Below are positions 23,628 through 35,303 of a DNA stretch of 64,000 bases, one piece after another. Under the pieces are notes generated by a model that worked only from the letters and a program-made list of their open reading frames with translations, did no database searches and had not been told where the DNA came from. Location: assembly GCF_048403405.1 (NCBI RefSeq), contig NZ_CP183129.1, one strand, 5' to 3'. The translations under genes were made by a program, and so were the position numbers. Position 1 is the first letter of the stretch, and each line of letters begins with the position of its first letter. The DNA is from Escherichia coli (lineage in GTDB: Bacteria > Pseudomonadota > Gammaproteobacteria > Enterobacterales > Enterobacteriaceae).

Positions 23628-24629
23628 CTATAACATTATTCCGCTGGCAATAAGTAATTTTGCCAGCCCCTCAGACGCCTTTAACCCACTAATGACCTGT
23701 GCGCGTAATATTTCATTTAATCTTTTTTGTTCAGCTGCCGTGCGTGTTTTATTAACGTATAAGCTTTTTAGATAATCACCCTTATCTATAAAGGCATTTA
23801 AAGCCTCAATCGCAGGCATGGCAGGTGCCGATGCCTGTAGTCTGGTTTCATTCACATTGATTACTGAACTTAGAAACTCCTTCCTGTTTTTCAGAGTGTT
23901 AAACTCTGTATTCTTAGAGTTTTTAGATGCTGTATTATAATAAAACATATTATCATGCACATTCGCAAAGGTATAATTTTCAATCTTATTGCTTTTTGTA
24001 TAAATATCATTGCGCAAAACCGCCATGTTCTTTATAAGTCTTACCCAGTTTTCATCTGCCGTTTTGCCTATTTTTCCAGAATTGACTTTAATTATATATA
24101 ACTCATTGAAATAATTTACCAAATCTTTAACCGCTGCTGCAGATTGAGCTAAATCTTTGCTATGTGAAACACCAAGTAGTGTTTGTGCGTTGTTTGCGTG
24201 ATCCAGAGCCTGTTTAAGTAATGCCACTTGCTGACTTTCCGTAGTTGCCATATCCTTTGTCAGAAGTTCCACATAAGCGCTCATGCTATTAATGACTTCC
24301 ATTGAAGCCAGTAATTTTTCTTTCTCGAAAGGGACTAATTGTACTTGTTTTGTATTTGGCCCTGAACGCTGGCATAATTTTCCGCCATTCCCATCACCGC
24401 CTATATCAATGGTATAATCAGGTCGCAATGCACAATCCGGATTAGTCGCGTAGAAATTAACAAGGAAGTTTTCACGAGAAGCATAGTATTGTTTAAAGAA
24501 ACTTGCATTCGCCGCTACTGCTTTGTTACCCGCAGTAATAACAGTTTCAGCTTGTTCGTTTTTCAATGCTTCAGTTGCACAACCTGAAAGCATTAACAGC
24601 GATAGAAATATTCCACTATATCTAATCAT
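23628..24629 (-). CDS. hypothetical lipoprotein (333 aa), AT-rich islet
   Basis: signal peptide with lipobox LSGC (MIRYSGIFLSLLMLSGC), strong SD GAGGTGGG upstream, AT-rich codon usage. Confidence 0.7.
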   Translation of the reverse strand: MIRYSGIFLSLLMLSGCATEALKNEQAETVITAGNKAVAANASFFKQYYASRENFLVNFYATNPDCALRPDYTIDIGGDGNGGKLCQRSGPNTKQVQLVPFEKEKLLASMEVINSMSAYVELLTKDMATTESQQVALLKQALDHANNAQTLLGVSHSKDLAQSAAAVKDLVNYFNELYIIKVNSGKIGKTADENWVRLIKNMAVLRNDIYTKSNKIENYTFANVHDNMFYYNTASKNSKNTEFNTLKNRKEFLSSVINVNETRLQASAPAMPAIEALNAFIDKGDYLKSLYVNKTRTAAEQKRLNEILRAQVISGLKASEGLAKLLIASGIML

Positions 24630-24751
24630 AACCCACCTCTTGACGTTGAGTTTATCTCAGATAATTAAATAGTAATGTGGCTATTTCCGGGTATTATTCA
24701 TAAGCAAGTATGAAATTAAATTAAAATACTGCGACTATTTATCATGCTTCA

Positions 24752-24779
24752 AATGAAGAAAAGGCCCCGCAGGGCCTTT
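24752..24779 (-). terminator. rho-independent terminator of rluB
   Basis: hairpin aaggccccgcaggggcctt with U tract on minus strand. Confidence 0.6.
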
Positions 24780-24798
24780 ATTTTATACTTATCTTAAA

Positions 24799-25674
24799 TT
24801 AACCGTTATTATTACGTCCGCCAGAACGACGACCGCCGCTCACCTGACTGTGACGCTTAACCGCTCGACGAATCTGATTCGCCTTCATACGACGACGGTC
24901 TTTTTCTACAGCGACTTTAGAGCTGGTTTCTGGCGGTAGCTCCACCAGTTCGCGCAGATAGTTAGTCTGGGCGAGGTCCAGCTCCGTCCAGCCACCGCGT
25001 GGCAGACCTTTCGGCAGTGGGATATCACCGTAACGAACACGGATCAGGCGGCTTACCTGCACACCAACCGCTTCCCAAAGACGACGAACTTCACGGTTAC
25101 GGCCTTCGGTCAGAGTTACGTTGTACCACTGGTTGATCCCTTCGCCGCCGCTGAACTTGATGGTTTTAAAGGCTGCCGGACCATCTTCCAGCTGCACGCC
25201 ACGACTCAAATCACGCAGTTTCGCGTCGTCAACCTGACCAAATACACGCACGGCATATTCACGTTCAACTTCACGGCTTGGATGCATTAAACGGTTTGCC
25301 AGTTCACCGTCGGTGGTGAACAGCAGCAGACCACAGGTGTTAACGTCCAGACGACCTACGGCAATCCAGCGTGCGCCACGCAGCTTTGGCAGACGGTCAA
25401 ACACCGTTGGACGCCCTTCCGGATCGTTACGGGTACACAACTCACCTTCCGGTTTGTAATAGGCCAGAACGCGACAAATTTGTTCAGCGGACTCACGTAC
25501 CGAAATCAGGTGACCATCGATACGGATTTTCAATCCAGGTGTAACTTCAACGCGATCGCCGAGTTTAGCAATTTTGCCATCAACACTCACACGACCGGCT
25601 TCAATAATAGATTCGATTTCACGGCGAGAACCGTGGCCGGCACGCGCCAGCACTTTCTGTAGCTTTTCGCTCAT
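24799..25674 (-). CDS. rluB: 23S rRNA pseudouridine synthase RluB
   Basis: 291-aa ORF with S4 domain and RsuA/RluB catalytic region, Arg/Gly-rich C-terminal tail. Confidence 0.9.
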
Positions 25675-25884
25675 AGAGCTTCCTTTTGGTGTCGCCTTCC
25701 CAGGCGTCTGATATGCTTTTGTGCAACAGTGAGTCAGAACTTACATCTGACTCACTGATAGTAAAGTCTGTTTGAACTCTTCAGGCCTTAAGTAAACGAC
25801 TCGACGTTTATCGGCCTGGCTTTGAGGCGCAACATACTACACTATCTTTATGGTTAAAGCTTGTTTCGATTAACATCAGCTTGA

Positions 25885-27789
25885 TTACCAGCCACCGCCG
25901 CCTCCGCCACCTGCACCGCCACCAGCACCACCACCGGAATAGCTACGCCCCAACAAACTGGTATAGGCCCCGCAACTCAGGTGCGTCTGTAATGAGAATA
26001 AAACGCCACTACGGGCAATTTCCGGGGCGCGAACAGCCGCTGTGAGTGATGGGGTGATACGTGCTGCCCATTCTCTGCCAAGGTTTGCCGAGACCGCCCA
26101 ACCTAACAACGCGTAATCCAGTTTCCGTGTTTCCCCTTTCCGCCGCCGCCCACTGTGTGTTGCTGCCTCTTTACGCGCAAGATAGTTAACGATAGCTTCA
26201 CCGTGGACATAACGTTGCTGCCCAGTTTGGGTAAACTTTGGCAGAAAAATATACCCCAAGCCAGTGAGATAACCGGTCAGGACAACAGCGCTAAAATAAC
26301 CCGCTGGCATATACCAGTAAAAGAATACATCTCCGACATTGATATAGAGAGAATAAAAGGCCACGCCTGAACAAATCAGCGGTAAAAACAAAGTGATGAT
26401 TACACGATTAACGCAAGGCTTGTCATCATCGCGGGCAAACACAAGCTCAAGGGAACAAAATAAAAAAGGAAGAAGCCAGCAGATCATAATAAACATATCG
26501 CCCACCAGACTCATTCCTGCCCAGCCTACGGGACTCAGGTTACCGTAGAGAATGACCGCTAATATCGCCATTCCCCCCCATTGCAAAAACGCATCAGGTC
26601 GGTAAAACGAAGACTTTTTACGCGGCAGATAAAATTTCTGCATCCGTAAAAATGCCCTGCGTAAGACTCTGTTGCGTCTCCCCGTAAGAACGACCTTATC
26701 GCCTTTACGAAATAACGCTTCCAGTAATAACTGCTCTGCGGGCAGTAATACCGCATTATTTCTGGTCGCGCCTTCATTAACACGAATCAGGATTTGCTGG
26801 TTCTTATCATACTGATCTTCCAGATGAATTTTGCCTTTCACAATCAGATTTACGATATCGGCACAAAAACCTTTATCGTCGTAAACCAGCTTCGCATCGA
26901 GACGTAACATGCCGGGCGTGTAATCTGGCGGAATGACATCGGTTTCAATCACATCTACCGGCGTAAATTGCGGCCTGCGCTTCCAGAGATATAACCATCC
27001 ACAAACCAGGAATAGACACGGAAACCAAATTAACAACGATGACGTGGAGGGTAAAAGAAGATGGCTGAAAATATTCGTCGTTTGTGGAGCCGGGGCATTG
27101 CTAAGTAAAGCGTGAGGCCAGCGGTAGAGTACCGTGAAATCTTCACGATAAAACGGATCGCGGGATTCAATTCTTCCGTCCTCAAGGATGCGGCCATTTC
27201 GATATGTGTCGCCCTCTTCTCCAGTAAAGAGATCGATTTCGCTAAATGGATTACCCGCGATATCAGGGAACTTGAGTGAAAATCGGGTCTTATAGATTTC
27301 AAACGGCCAGTGGTTACCGGTCACGTTCCAGATTAACAGATCTGAATCTCCCTCACGCAGGAAAGCATTTTTAACCTGATAATGAATTTGATAATGATAG
27401 TCGCCTTGAGGCAAGAAACGTTGTTTATCGCCCACGACGATACTCATTAAACCGATATGCCAGTCAAGATGCCAGGGTTCAGGAACACCATCACGGGTGA
27501 CGCCAACAATATGATAGTTCAGCAGTGCAGCGTCCCCATCAGGCTGCATCCAGAGTCGTGGTAAATCACGATAAAATCCGTGCTTAATCTGCTGATTTCG
27601 CGCCTGAAAATGAATATTTTCTTTGATGTCGAGCCCCCCATCCGGTTGCAGAGTGGCTTCAACATCAAAGAGCGAGATCCCTTCTTCATAAAAAGGGATC
27701 TCCGTGTTTTTCGGATAACTCAACGAAGAGAAAAAAGCCCAACTATCAACAGCAAAATGCAGCGATATATCCCTGCCATAGTCTTCCAT
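25885..27789 (-). CDS. yciQ: DUF2207-family membrane protein YciQ with C-terminal poly-Gly tail
   Basis: 634-aa ORF, several TM segments, ends GGGAGGGAGGGGGGGW. Confidence 0.8.
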   Translation of the reverse strand: MEDYGRDISLHFAVDSWAFFSSLSYPKNTEIPFYEEGISLFDVEATLQPDGGLDIKENIHFQARNQQIKHGFYRDLPRLWMQPDGDAALLNYHIVGVTRDGVPEPWHLDWHIGLMSIVVGDKQRFLPQGDYHYQIHYQVKNAFLREGDSDLLIWNVTGNHWPFEIYKTRFSLKFPDIAGNPFSEIDLFTGEEGDTYRNGRILEDGRIESRDPFYREDFTVLYRWPHALLSNAPAPQTTNIFSHLLLPSTSSLLIWFPCLFLVCGWLYLWKRRPQFTPVDVIETDVIPPDYTPGMLRLDAKLVYDDKGFCADIVNLIVKGKIHLEDQYDKNQQILIRVNEGATRNNAVLLPAEQLLLEALFRKGDKVVLTGRRNRVLRRAFLRMQKFYLPRKKSSFYRPDAFLQWGGMAILAVILYGNLSPVGWAGMSLVGDMFIMICWLLPFLFCSLELVFARDDDKPCVNRVIITLFLPLICSGVAFYSLYINVGDVFFYWYMPAGYFSAVVLTGYLTGLGYIFLPKFTQTGQQRYVHGEAIVNYLARKEAATHSGRRRKGETRKLDYALLGWAVSANLGREWAARITPSLTAAVRAPEIARSGVLFSLQTHLSCGAYTSLLGRSYSGGGAGGGAGGGGGGGW

Positions 27790-27806
27790 CCGTGGAACGC
27801 AATTTG

Positions 27807-28427
27807 TTATAAGAAAGGCTTCACATCACCTACGCCTTCACGCACCACGACCGGCGTATCATCAGTAAGATCAATAACCGTTGTTGGTTTCTGCCCGAGA
27901 TAGCCGCCGTGAATAATCAAGTCCACCTGTTTTTCCAGACGGTCTTTAATTTCTTCCGGATCGGATTCGGTAAATTCGCTGCCTGGCAGCATTAGCGAAG
28001 TGGAAAGCATCGGTTCGCCCAGTGCTTCAAGCAACGCCTGCGCAATCGGGTTAGAAGGCACACGCATACCGATGGTTTTGCGTTTTTCCTGCAACAGACG
28101 GCGTGGCACCTCCTTCGTCCCTTTCAGGATGAAGGTGTAGTTGCCCGGCGTGTTGTTTTTCATCAAACGAAACGCAACGTTATCCACGAATGAATAGGTC
28201 GAGAGCTCAGAAAGATCGCGACACATCAGGGTAAAGTTGTGACCGTCCGGCAGCTGGCGAATTCGACAAATACGCTCCATGGCGTTTTTATCTTCAATTT
28301 TACAGCCGAGCGCATAGCCGGAATCGGTTGGATAAACAATCACCCCGCCTTTACGCACGATCTCCACCGCCTGGTTGATCAGACGTTGCTGCGGATTATC
28401 AGGATGAATATAAAAAAACTGGCTCAT
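27807..28427 (-). CDS. yciO: Sua5/YciO/YrdC-family protein YciO
   Basis: ORF 27807..28463; product from MSQFFYIHPDNPQQRLINQAVEIVRKGG. Confidence 0.85.
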   Translation of the reverse strand: MSQFFYIHPDNPQQRLINQAVEIVRKGGVIVYPTDSGYALGCKIEDKNAMERICRIRQLPDGHNFTLMCRDLSELSTYSFVDNVAFRLMKNNTPGNYTFILKGTKEVPRRLLQEKRKTIGMRVPSNPIAQALLEALGEPMLSTSLMLPGSEFTESDPEEIKDRLEKQVDLIIHGGYLGQKPTTVIDLTDDTPVVVREGVGDVKPFL

Positions 28428-29305
28428 AATTCCCTCTCTGTGGTGTTCTGCGGCTGTTCCCATAGCTGCCAGACGCCTTCAACGCCTGCGGGCAGCCAGA
28501 GTTTACGACCCAGTTCGATCCACGGGCATGGCTGATGAAAATCAGATCCTTGTGATGCCCATAAATGATGCTGACGCGCAAGTGTCGCCAGCTGGGTGCG
28601 TTCATTGGGCGATTGCTGGCACTGCGCGACTTCCATCGCGTCGCCGTGGTGTTCGGCAAAATGCGCAACCAATCTTTTCAGCCATTTAGCACTAAGATTG
28701 TACCGCCCAGGATGAGCTAGCACCGCCTTACCGCCAGAATGATGAATGACATCAATAGCTTGTTCTATTGTACACCACTGTGGCGGAACGTATCCGGTTT
28801 TCCCGCGCGCCAGATATTTTTTAAAGACATCCGCCATTGAACTGGCTTTGCCGCACTCCACAAGGAAACGCGCAAAATGACCGCGCGTCACCGCACCGCC
28901 CTGCGCCAGTCGTTGCGCGCCTTCCAGTGCCCCAGGTATTTGCGCTTTTTCAAGTCTTTCGGCAATCAGCTGCGCCCGCTGATTGCGCCGTTCTGTCTGC
29001 TGCGCGAGGAACTCACACATTAGCGGATGAGTAATATCAATATTCAGCCCGACAATATGAATTTCATGATTTTCCCAGACCGTGGAGATTTCCACGCCGG
29101 GAATAAGATTCAGCGCCAGTCCCGAACGTGAAATTTCCTCTCTTGCTGGTGAGATTGCAGCTGTGGTGTCATGGTCGGTGATCGCCAGGGTGCCGACGCG
29201 CATCTCGACTGCACGGTGCACCAATGCTTCTGGCGTCAGGCAGCCATCGGAAGCTGTGGTATGGCTGTGCAGGTCGTAAATCACTGCGTAATTCGTGTCG
29301 CTCAA
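28424..29305 (-). CDS. trpH: PHP-domain protein TrpH/YciV (Rnm)
   Basis: 293-aa ORF with PHP motifs (DLHSHTTASDG); divergent from trp operon. Confidence 0.85.
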   Translation of the reverse strand: MSDTNYAVIYDLHSHTTASDGCLTPEALVHRAVEMRVGTLAITDHDTTAAISPAREEISRSGLALNLIPGVEISTVWENHEIHIVGLNIDITHPLMCEFLAQQTERRNQRAQLIAERLEKAQIPGALEGAQRLAQGGAVTRGHFARFLVECGKASSMADVFKKYLARGKTGYVPPQWCTIEQAIDVIHHSGGKAVLAHPGRYNLSAKWLKRLVAHFAEHHGDAMEVAQCQQSPNERTQLATLARQHHLWASQGSDFHQPCPWIELGRKLWLPAGVEGVWQLWEQPQNTTEREL

Positions 29306-29380
29306 GGCGCACTCCCGTTCTGGATAATGTTTTTTGCGCCGACATCATAACGGTTCTGGCAAATATTCTGAAATGAGCTG

Positions 29381-29416
29381 TTGACAATTAATCATCGAAC
29401 TAGTTAACTAGTACGC
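29381..29416 (+). promoter_or_regulatory. trp promoter with TrpR operator
   Basis: -35 TTGACA (29381-29386), -10 TTAACT (29404-29409), palindromic operator CGAACTAGTTAACTAGTACG (29396-29415); matches canonical E. coli trp promoter. Confidence 0.9.
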
Positions 29417-29442
29417 AAGTTCACGTAAAAAGGGTATCGACA

Positions 29443-29487
29443 ATGAAAGCAATTTTCGTACTGAAAGGTTGGTGGCGCACTTCCTGA
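29443..29487 (+). CDS. trpL: trp leader peptide
   Basis: 14-codon [17 protein letters not shown] with tandem Trp codons. Confidence 0.9.
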
Positions 29488-29529
29488 AACGGGCAGTGTA
29501 TTCACCATGCGTAAAGCAATCAGATACCC

Positions 29530-29557
29530 AGCCCGCCTAATGAGCGGGCTTTTTTTT
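29530..29557 (+). terminator. trp attenuator (3:4 terminator hairpin)
   Basis: agcccgcc-taatga-gcgggc followed by T8. Confidence 0.9.
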
Positions 29558-29578
29558 GAACAAAATTAGAGAATAACA

Positions 29579-31141
29579 ATGCAAACACAAAAACCGACTC
29601 TCGAACTGCTAACCTGCGAAGGCGCTTATCGCGACAACCCGACTGCGCTTTTTCACCAGTTGTGTGGGCATCGTCCAGCAACGCTGCTGCTGGAATCCGC
29701 AGATATCGACAGCAAAGATGATTTAAAAAGTCTGCTGCTGATAGACAGTGCGCTGCGCATTACAGCATTAGGTGACACTGTCACAATTCAGGCACTTTCC
29801 GGCAATGGCGAAGCCCTGCTGGCACTACTGGATAACGCCCTGCCTGCGGGTGTGGAAAGTGAACAATCACCAAACTGCCGTGTGCTGCGCTTCCCCCCTG
29901 TCAGTCCACTGCTGGATGAAGACGCCCGCTTATGCTCCCTTTCGGTTTTTGACGCTTTCCGCTTATTGCAGAATCTGTTGAATGTACCGAGGGAAGAGCG
30001 AGAAGCAATGTTCTTCGGCGGCCTGTTCTCTTATGACCTTGTGGCGGGATTTGAAGATTTACCACAACTGGCAGCGGAAAATAACTGTCCTGATTTCTGT
30101 TTTTATCTCGCTGAAACGCTGATGGTGATTGACCATCAGAAAAAAAGCACCCGCATTCAGGCCAGTCTTTTTGCTCCGAATGAAGAAGAAAAACAACGTC
30201 TCACTGCTCGCCTGAACGATCTTCGCCAGCAACTGACTGAAACCGCGCCACCGCTGCCGGTGGTTTCCGTGCCGCATATGCGTTGTGAATGTAACCAGAG
30301 CGATGAAGAGTTCGGTGGCGTAGTGCGTTTGTTGCAAAAAGCGATTCGCGCCGGAGAAATTTTCCAGGTCGTACCATCTCGCCGTTTCTCTCTGCCCTGC
30401 CCGTCACCGCTGGCGGCCTATTACGTGCTGAAAAAGAGTAATCCCAGCCCGTACATGTTTTTTATGCAGGATAATGATTTCACCCTGTTTGGCGCGTCGC
30501 CGGAAAGTTCGCTCAAGTATGACGCCACCAGCCGCCAGATTGAGATCTACCCCATTGCCGGAACACGTCCACGCGGTCGTCGTGCCGATGGTTCACTGGA
30601 CAGAGACCTCGACAGCCGCATCGAACTGGAAATGCGTACCGATCATAAAGAGCTTTCTGAACATCTGATGCTGGTGGATCTCGCCCGTAATGATCTGGCA
30701 CGCATTTGCACCCCCGGTAGTCGCTACGTCGCCGATCTCACCAAAGTTGACCGTTATTCTTATGTGATGCACCTCGTCTCCCGCGTGGTCGGTGAGCTGC
30801 GCCACGATCTCGACGCCCTGCACGCTTACCGCGCCTGTATGAATATGGGCACGTTAAGCGGCGCGCCGAAAGTGCGCGCCATGCAGTTAATTGCCGAGGC
30901 GGAAGGTCGTCGCCGCGGCAGCTACGGCGGCGCAGTAGGTTATTTCACCGCGCATGGCGATCTCGACACCTGCATTGTGATCCGCTCGGCGCTGGTGGAA
31001 AACGGTATCGCCACCGTGCAAGCCGGTGCTGGCGTGGTACTTGATTCTGTTCCGCAGTCGGAAGCCGACGAAACCCGTAATAAAGCCCGCGCTGTACTGC
31101 GCGCTATTGCCACCGCGCATCATGCACAGGAGACGTTCTGA
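29579..31141 (+). CDS. trpE: anthranilate synthase component I
   Basis: 520-aa ORF; operon position. Confidence 0.95.
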   Translation: MQTQKPTLELLTCEGAYRDNPTALFHQLCGHRPATLLLESADIDSKDDLKSLLLIDSALRITALGDTVTIQALSGNGEALLALLDNALPAGVESEQSPNCRVLRFPPVSPLLDEDARLCSLSVFDAFRLLQNLLNVPREEREAMFFGGLFSYDLVAGFEDLPQLAAENNCPDFCFYLAETLMVIDHQKKSTRIQASLFAPNEEEKQRLTARLNDLRQQLTETAPPLPVVSVPHMRCECNQSDEEFGGVVRLLQKAIRAGEIFQVVPSRRFSLPCPSPLAAYYVLKKSNPSPYMFFMQDNDFTLFGASPESSLKYDATSRQIEIYPIAGTRPRGRRADGSLDRDLDSRIELEMRTDHKELSEHLMLVDLARNDLARICTPGSRYVADLTKVDRYSYVMHLVSRVVGELRHDLDALHAYRACMNMGTLSGAPKVRAMQLIAEAEGRRRGSYGGAVGYFTAHGDLDTCIVIRSALVENGIATVQAGAGVVLDSVPQSEADETRNKARAVLRAIATAHHAQETF

Positions 31142-32736
31142 TGGCTGACATTCTGCTGCTCGATAATATCGACTCTTTTACTTACAACCTGGCAGATCAG
31201 TTGCGCAGCAATGGTCATAACGTGGTGATTTACCGCAACCATATTCCGGCGCAGACCTTAATTGAACGCCTGGCGACAATGAGCAATCCGGTGCTGATGC
31301 TTTCTCCTGGCCCCGGTGTGCCAAGCGAAGCCGGTTGTATGCCAGAACTCCTCACCCGCCTGCGCGGCAAGCTGCCAATTATTGGCATTTGCCTCGGTCA
31401 TCAGGCGATTGTCGAAGCTTATGGGGGGTATGTCGGTCAGGCGGGCGAAATTCTTCACGGTAAAGCGTCGAGTATTGAACATGACGGTCAGGCGATGTTT
31501 GCCGGATTAACAAACCCATTGCCAGTGGCGCGTTATCACTCGCTGGTTGGCAGTAACATTCCGGCCGGTTTAACCATCAACGCCCATTTTAATGGCATGG
31601 TGATGGCGGTGCGTCACGATGCAGATCGCGTTTGTGGATTCCAGTTCCATCCGGAATCCATTCTTACTACCCAGGGTGCTCGCCTGCTGGAACAAACGCT
31701 GGCCTGGGCGCAGCAGAAACTGGAACCGACCAACACGCTGCAACCGATTCTGGAAAAACTGTATCAGGCGCAGACCCTTAGCCAGCAGGAAAGTCACCAG
31801 CTGTTTTCAGCGGTGGTACGTGGCGAACTGAAACCGGAACAACTGGCGGCGGCGCTGGTGAGCATGAAAATTCGCGGCGAGCACCCGAACGAGATCGCCG
31901 GAGCAGCAACCGCGCTACTGGAAAACGCCGCGCCGTTCCCGCGCCCGGATTATCTGTTTGCTGATATCGTCGGTACTGGCGGTGACGGCAGTAACAGCAT
32001 CAATATTTCTACCGCCAGTGCGTTTGTCGCCGCGGCCTGTGGGCTGAAAGTGGCGAAACACGGCAACCGTAGCGTCTCCAGTAAATCCGGCTCGTCGGAT
32101 CTGCTGGCGGCGTTCGGTATTAATCTTGATATGAACGCCGATAAATCGCGCCAGGCGCTGGATGAGTTAGGCGTCTGTTTCCTCTTTGCGCCGAAATATC
32201 ACACCGGATTCCGCCACGCGATGCCGGTTCGCCAACAACTGAAAACCCGCACCCTGTTCAATGTGCTGGGGCCATTGATTAACCCGGCGCATCCGCCGCT
32301 GGCGCTAATTGGTGTTTATAGTCCGGAACTGGTGCTGCCGATTGCCGAAACCTTGCGCGTGCTGGGGTATCAACGCGCTGCGGTAGTGCACAGCGGCGGG
32401 ATGGATGAAGTTTCATTACACGCTCCGACAATCGTTGCCGAACTGCATGACGGTGAAATTAAGAGCTATCAGCTAACTGCAGAAGATTTTGGCCTGACAC
32501 CCTACCACCAGGAGCAACTGGCAGGCGGAACACCGGAAGAAAACCGTGACATTTTAACACGCTTGTTACAAGGTAAAGGCGACGCCGCCCATGAAGCAGC
32601 CGTCGCGGCGAACGTCGCCATGTTAATGCGCCTGCATGGCCATGAAGATCTGCAAGCCAATGCGCAAACCGTTCTTGAGGTACTGCGCAGTGGTTCCGCT
32701 TACGACAGAGTCACCGCACTGGCGGCACGAGGGTAA
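31141..32736 (+). CDS. trpD: anthranilate synthase component II / anthranilate phosphoribosyltransferase (bifunctional)
   Basis: 531-aa ORF, start overlaps trpE stop (TGATG). Confidence 0.95.
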   Translation: MADILLLDNIDSFTYNLADQLRSNGHNVVIYRNHIPAQTLIERLATMSNPVLMLSPGPGVPSEAGCMPELLTRLRGKLPIIGICLGHQAIVEAYGGYVGQAGEILHGKASSIEHDGQAMFAGLTNPLPVARYHSLVGSNIPAGLTINAHFNGMVMAVRHDADRVCGFQFHPESILTTQGARLLEQTLAWAQQKLEPTNTLQPILEKLYQAQTLSQQESHQLFSAVVRGELKPEQLAAALVSMKIRGEHPNEIAGAATALLENAAPFPRPDYLFADIVGTGGDGSNSINISTASAFVAAACGLKVAKHGNRSVSSKSGSSDLLAAFGINLDMNADKSRQALDELGVCFLFAPKYHTGFRHAMPVRQQLKTRTLFNVLGPLINPAHPPLALIGVYSPELVLPIAETLRVLGYQRAAVVHSGGMDEVSLHAPTIVAELHDGEIKSYQLTAEDFGLTPYHQEQLAGGTPEENRDILTRLLQGKGDAAHEAAVAANVAMLMRLHGHEDLQANAQTVLEVLRSGSAYDRVTALAARG

Positions 32737-34098
32737 ATGATGCAAACCGTTTTAGCGAAAATCGTCGCAGACAAGGCGATTTGGGTAGAAACCCGCAAAC
32801 AGCAGCAACCGCTGGCCAGTTTTCAGAATGAGGTTCAGCCGAGCACGCGACATTTTTATGATGCACTTCAGGGCGCACGCACGGCGTTTATTCTGGAGTG
32901 TAAAAAAGCGTCGCCGTCAAAAGGCGTGATCCGTGATGATTTCGATCCGGCACGCATTGCCGCCATTTATAAACATTACGCTTCGGCAATTTCGGTGCTG
33001 ACTGATGAGAAATATTTTCAGGGGAGCTTTGATTTCCTCCCCATCGTCAGCCAAATCGCCCCGCAGCCGATTTTATGTAAAGACTTCATTATCGATCCTT
33101 ACCAGATCTATCTGGCGCGCTATTACCAGGCCGATGCCTGCTTATTAATGCTTTCAGTACTGGATGACGAACAATATCGCCAGCTTGCTGCCGTCGCCCA
33201 CAGTCTGGAGATGGGTGTGCTGACCGAAGTCAGTAATGAAGAGGAACTGGAGCGTGCCATTGCATTGGGGGCAAAGGTCGTTGGCATCAACAACCGCGAT
33301 CTGCGTGATTTGTCGATTGATCTCAACCGTACCCGCGAGCTTGCGCCGAAACTGGGGCACAACGTGACGGTAATCAGCGAATCCGGCATCAATACTTACG
33401 CTCAGGTGCGCGAGTTAAGCCACTTCGCTAACGGTTTTCTGATTGGTTCGGCGTTGATGGCCCATGACGATTTGAACGCCGCCGTGCGCCGGGTGTTGCT
33501 TGGTGAGAATAAAGTGTGTGGCCTGACGCGTGGGCAAGATGCTAAAGCAGCTTATGACGCGGGCGCGATTTACGGTGGGTTGATTTTTGTTACAACGTCA
33601 CCGCGTTGCGTCAGCGTTGAACAGGCGCAGGAAGTGATGGCTGCGGCACCGTTGCAATACGTTGGCGTATTCCGCAATCACGATATTGCCGATGTGGTGG
33701 ACAAAGCTAACGCGTTATCGCTGGCAGCAGTGCAACTGCATGGTAATGAAGATCAGCAATATATCGACGCACTGCGTGACGTGCTGCCCGCAAACGTTGC
33801 CATCTGGAAAGCATTGAGCGTCGGTGAAACTCTTCCCGCACGCGATTTTCAGCACGTCGATAAATATGTTTTCGACAACGGCCAGGGTGGTAGCGGGCAA
33901 CGTTTCGACTGGTCACTGTTAAACGGTCAATCGCTTGGCAACGTTCTGCTGGCGGGGGGCTTAGGCGCAGATAACTGCGTGGAAGCGGCACAAACCGGCT
34001 GCGCCGGACTTGATTTTAATTCTGCTGTAGAGTCGCAACCGGGCATCAAAGACGCACGTCTTTTGGCCTCGGTTTTCCAGACGCTGCGCGCATATTAA
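32737..34098 (+). CDS. trpC: indole-3-glycerol phosphate synthase / PRA isomerase (bifunctional)
   Basis: 453-aa ORF. Confidence 0.95.
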
Positions 34099-34109
34099 GG
34101 AAAGGAACA

Positions 34110-35303
34110 ATGACAACATTACTTAACCCCTATTTTGGTGAGTTTGGCGGCATGTACGTGCCACAAATCCTGATGCCTGCTCTGCGCCAGCTGGAAGAAG
34201 CTTTTGTCAGCGCGCAAAAAGATCCTGAATTTCAGGCCCAGTTCAACGACCTGCTGAAAAACTATGCCGGGCGTCCAACCGCACTCACCAAATGCCAGAA
34301 CATTACGGCTGGCACTAACACCACGCTGTATCTCAAGCGCGAAGATTTGCTGCACGGCGGCGCGCATAAAACCAACCAGGTGCTCGGTCAGGCTTTACTG
34401 GCGAAGCGGATGGGTAAAACCGAAATCATCGCCGAAACCGGTGCCGGTCAGCATGGCGTGGCGTCGGCCCTTGCCAGCGCCCTGCTCGGCCTGAAATGCC
34501 GTATTTATATGGGTGCCAAAGACGTTGAACGCCAGTCGCCTAACGTTTTTCGTATGCGTTTAATGGGCGCGGAAGTGATCCCGGTGCATAGCGGTTCCGC
34601 GACGCTGAAAGATGCCTGTAATGAGGCGCTGCGCGACTGGTCCGGCAGTTATGAAACCGCGCACTATATGCTGGGCACCGCAGCTGGCCCACATCCTTAT
34701 CCGACCATTGTCCGTGAGTTCCAGCGGATGATTGGCGAAGAAACCAAAGCACAGATTCTGGAAAGAGAAGGTCGCCTGCCGGATGCGGTTATCGCCTGTG
34801 TTGGCGGCGGTTCGAATGCCATCGGCATGTTTGCTGATTTTATCAACGAAACCGACGTCGGCCTGATTGGTGTCGAACCAGGCGGTCACGGTATCGAAAC
34901 TGGCGAGCACGGCGCACCGTTAAAACACGGTCGCGTGGGCATCTATTTCGGTATGAAAGCGCCGATGATGCAAACCGAAGACGGACAGATTGAAGAATCT
35001 TACTCCATCTCCGCCGGACTGGATTTCCCGTCTGTCGGCCCACAACACGCGTATCTTAACAGCACTGGACGCGCTGATTACGTGTCAATTACCGATGATG
35101 AAGCACTGGAAGCCTTCAAAACGCTGTGCCTGCACGAAGGGATCATCCCGGCGCTAGAATCCTCCCACGCCCTGGCCCATGCGCTGAAAATGATGCGCGA
35201 AAACCCGGAAAAAGAGCAGCTACTGGTGGTTAACCTTTCCGGTCGCGGCGATAAAGACATCTTCACCGTTCACGATATTTTGAAAGCACGAGGGGAAATC
35301 TGA
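34110..35303 (+). CDS. trpB: tryptophan synthase beta subunit
   Basis: 397-aa ORF with PLP-binding region. Confidence 0.95.
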
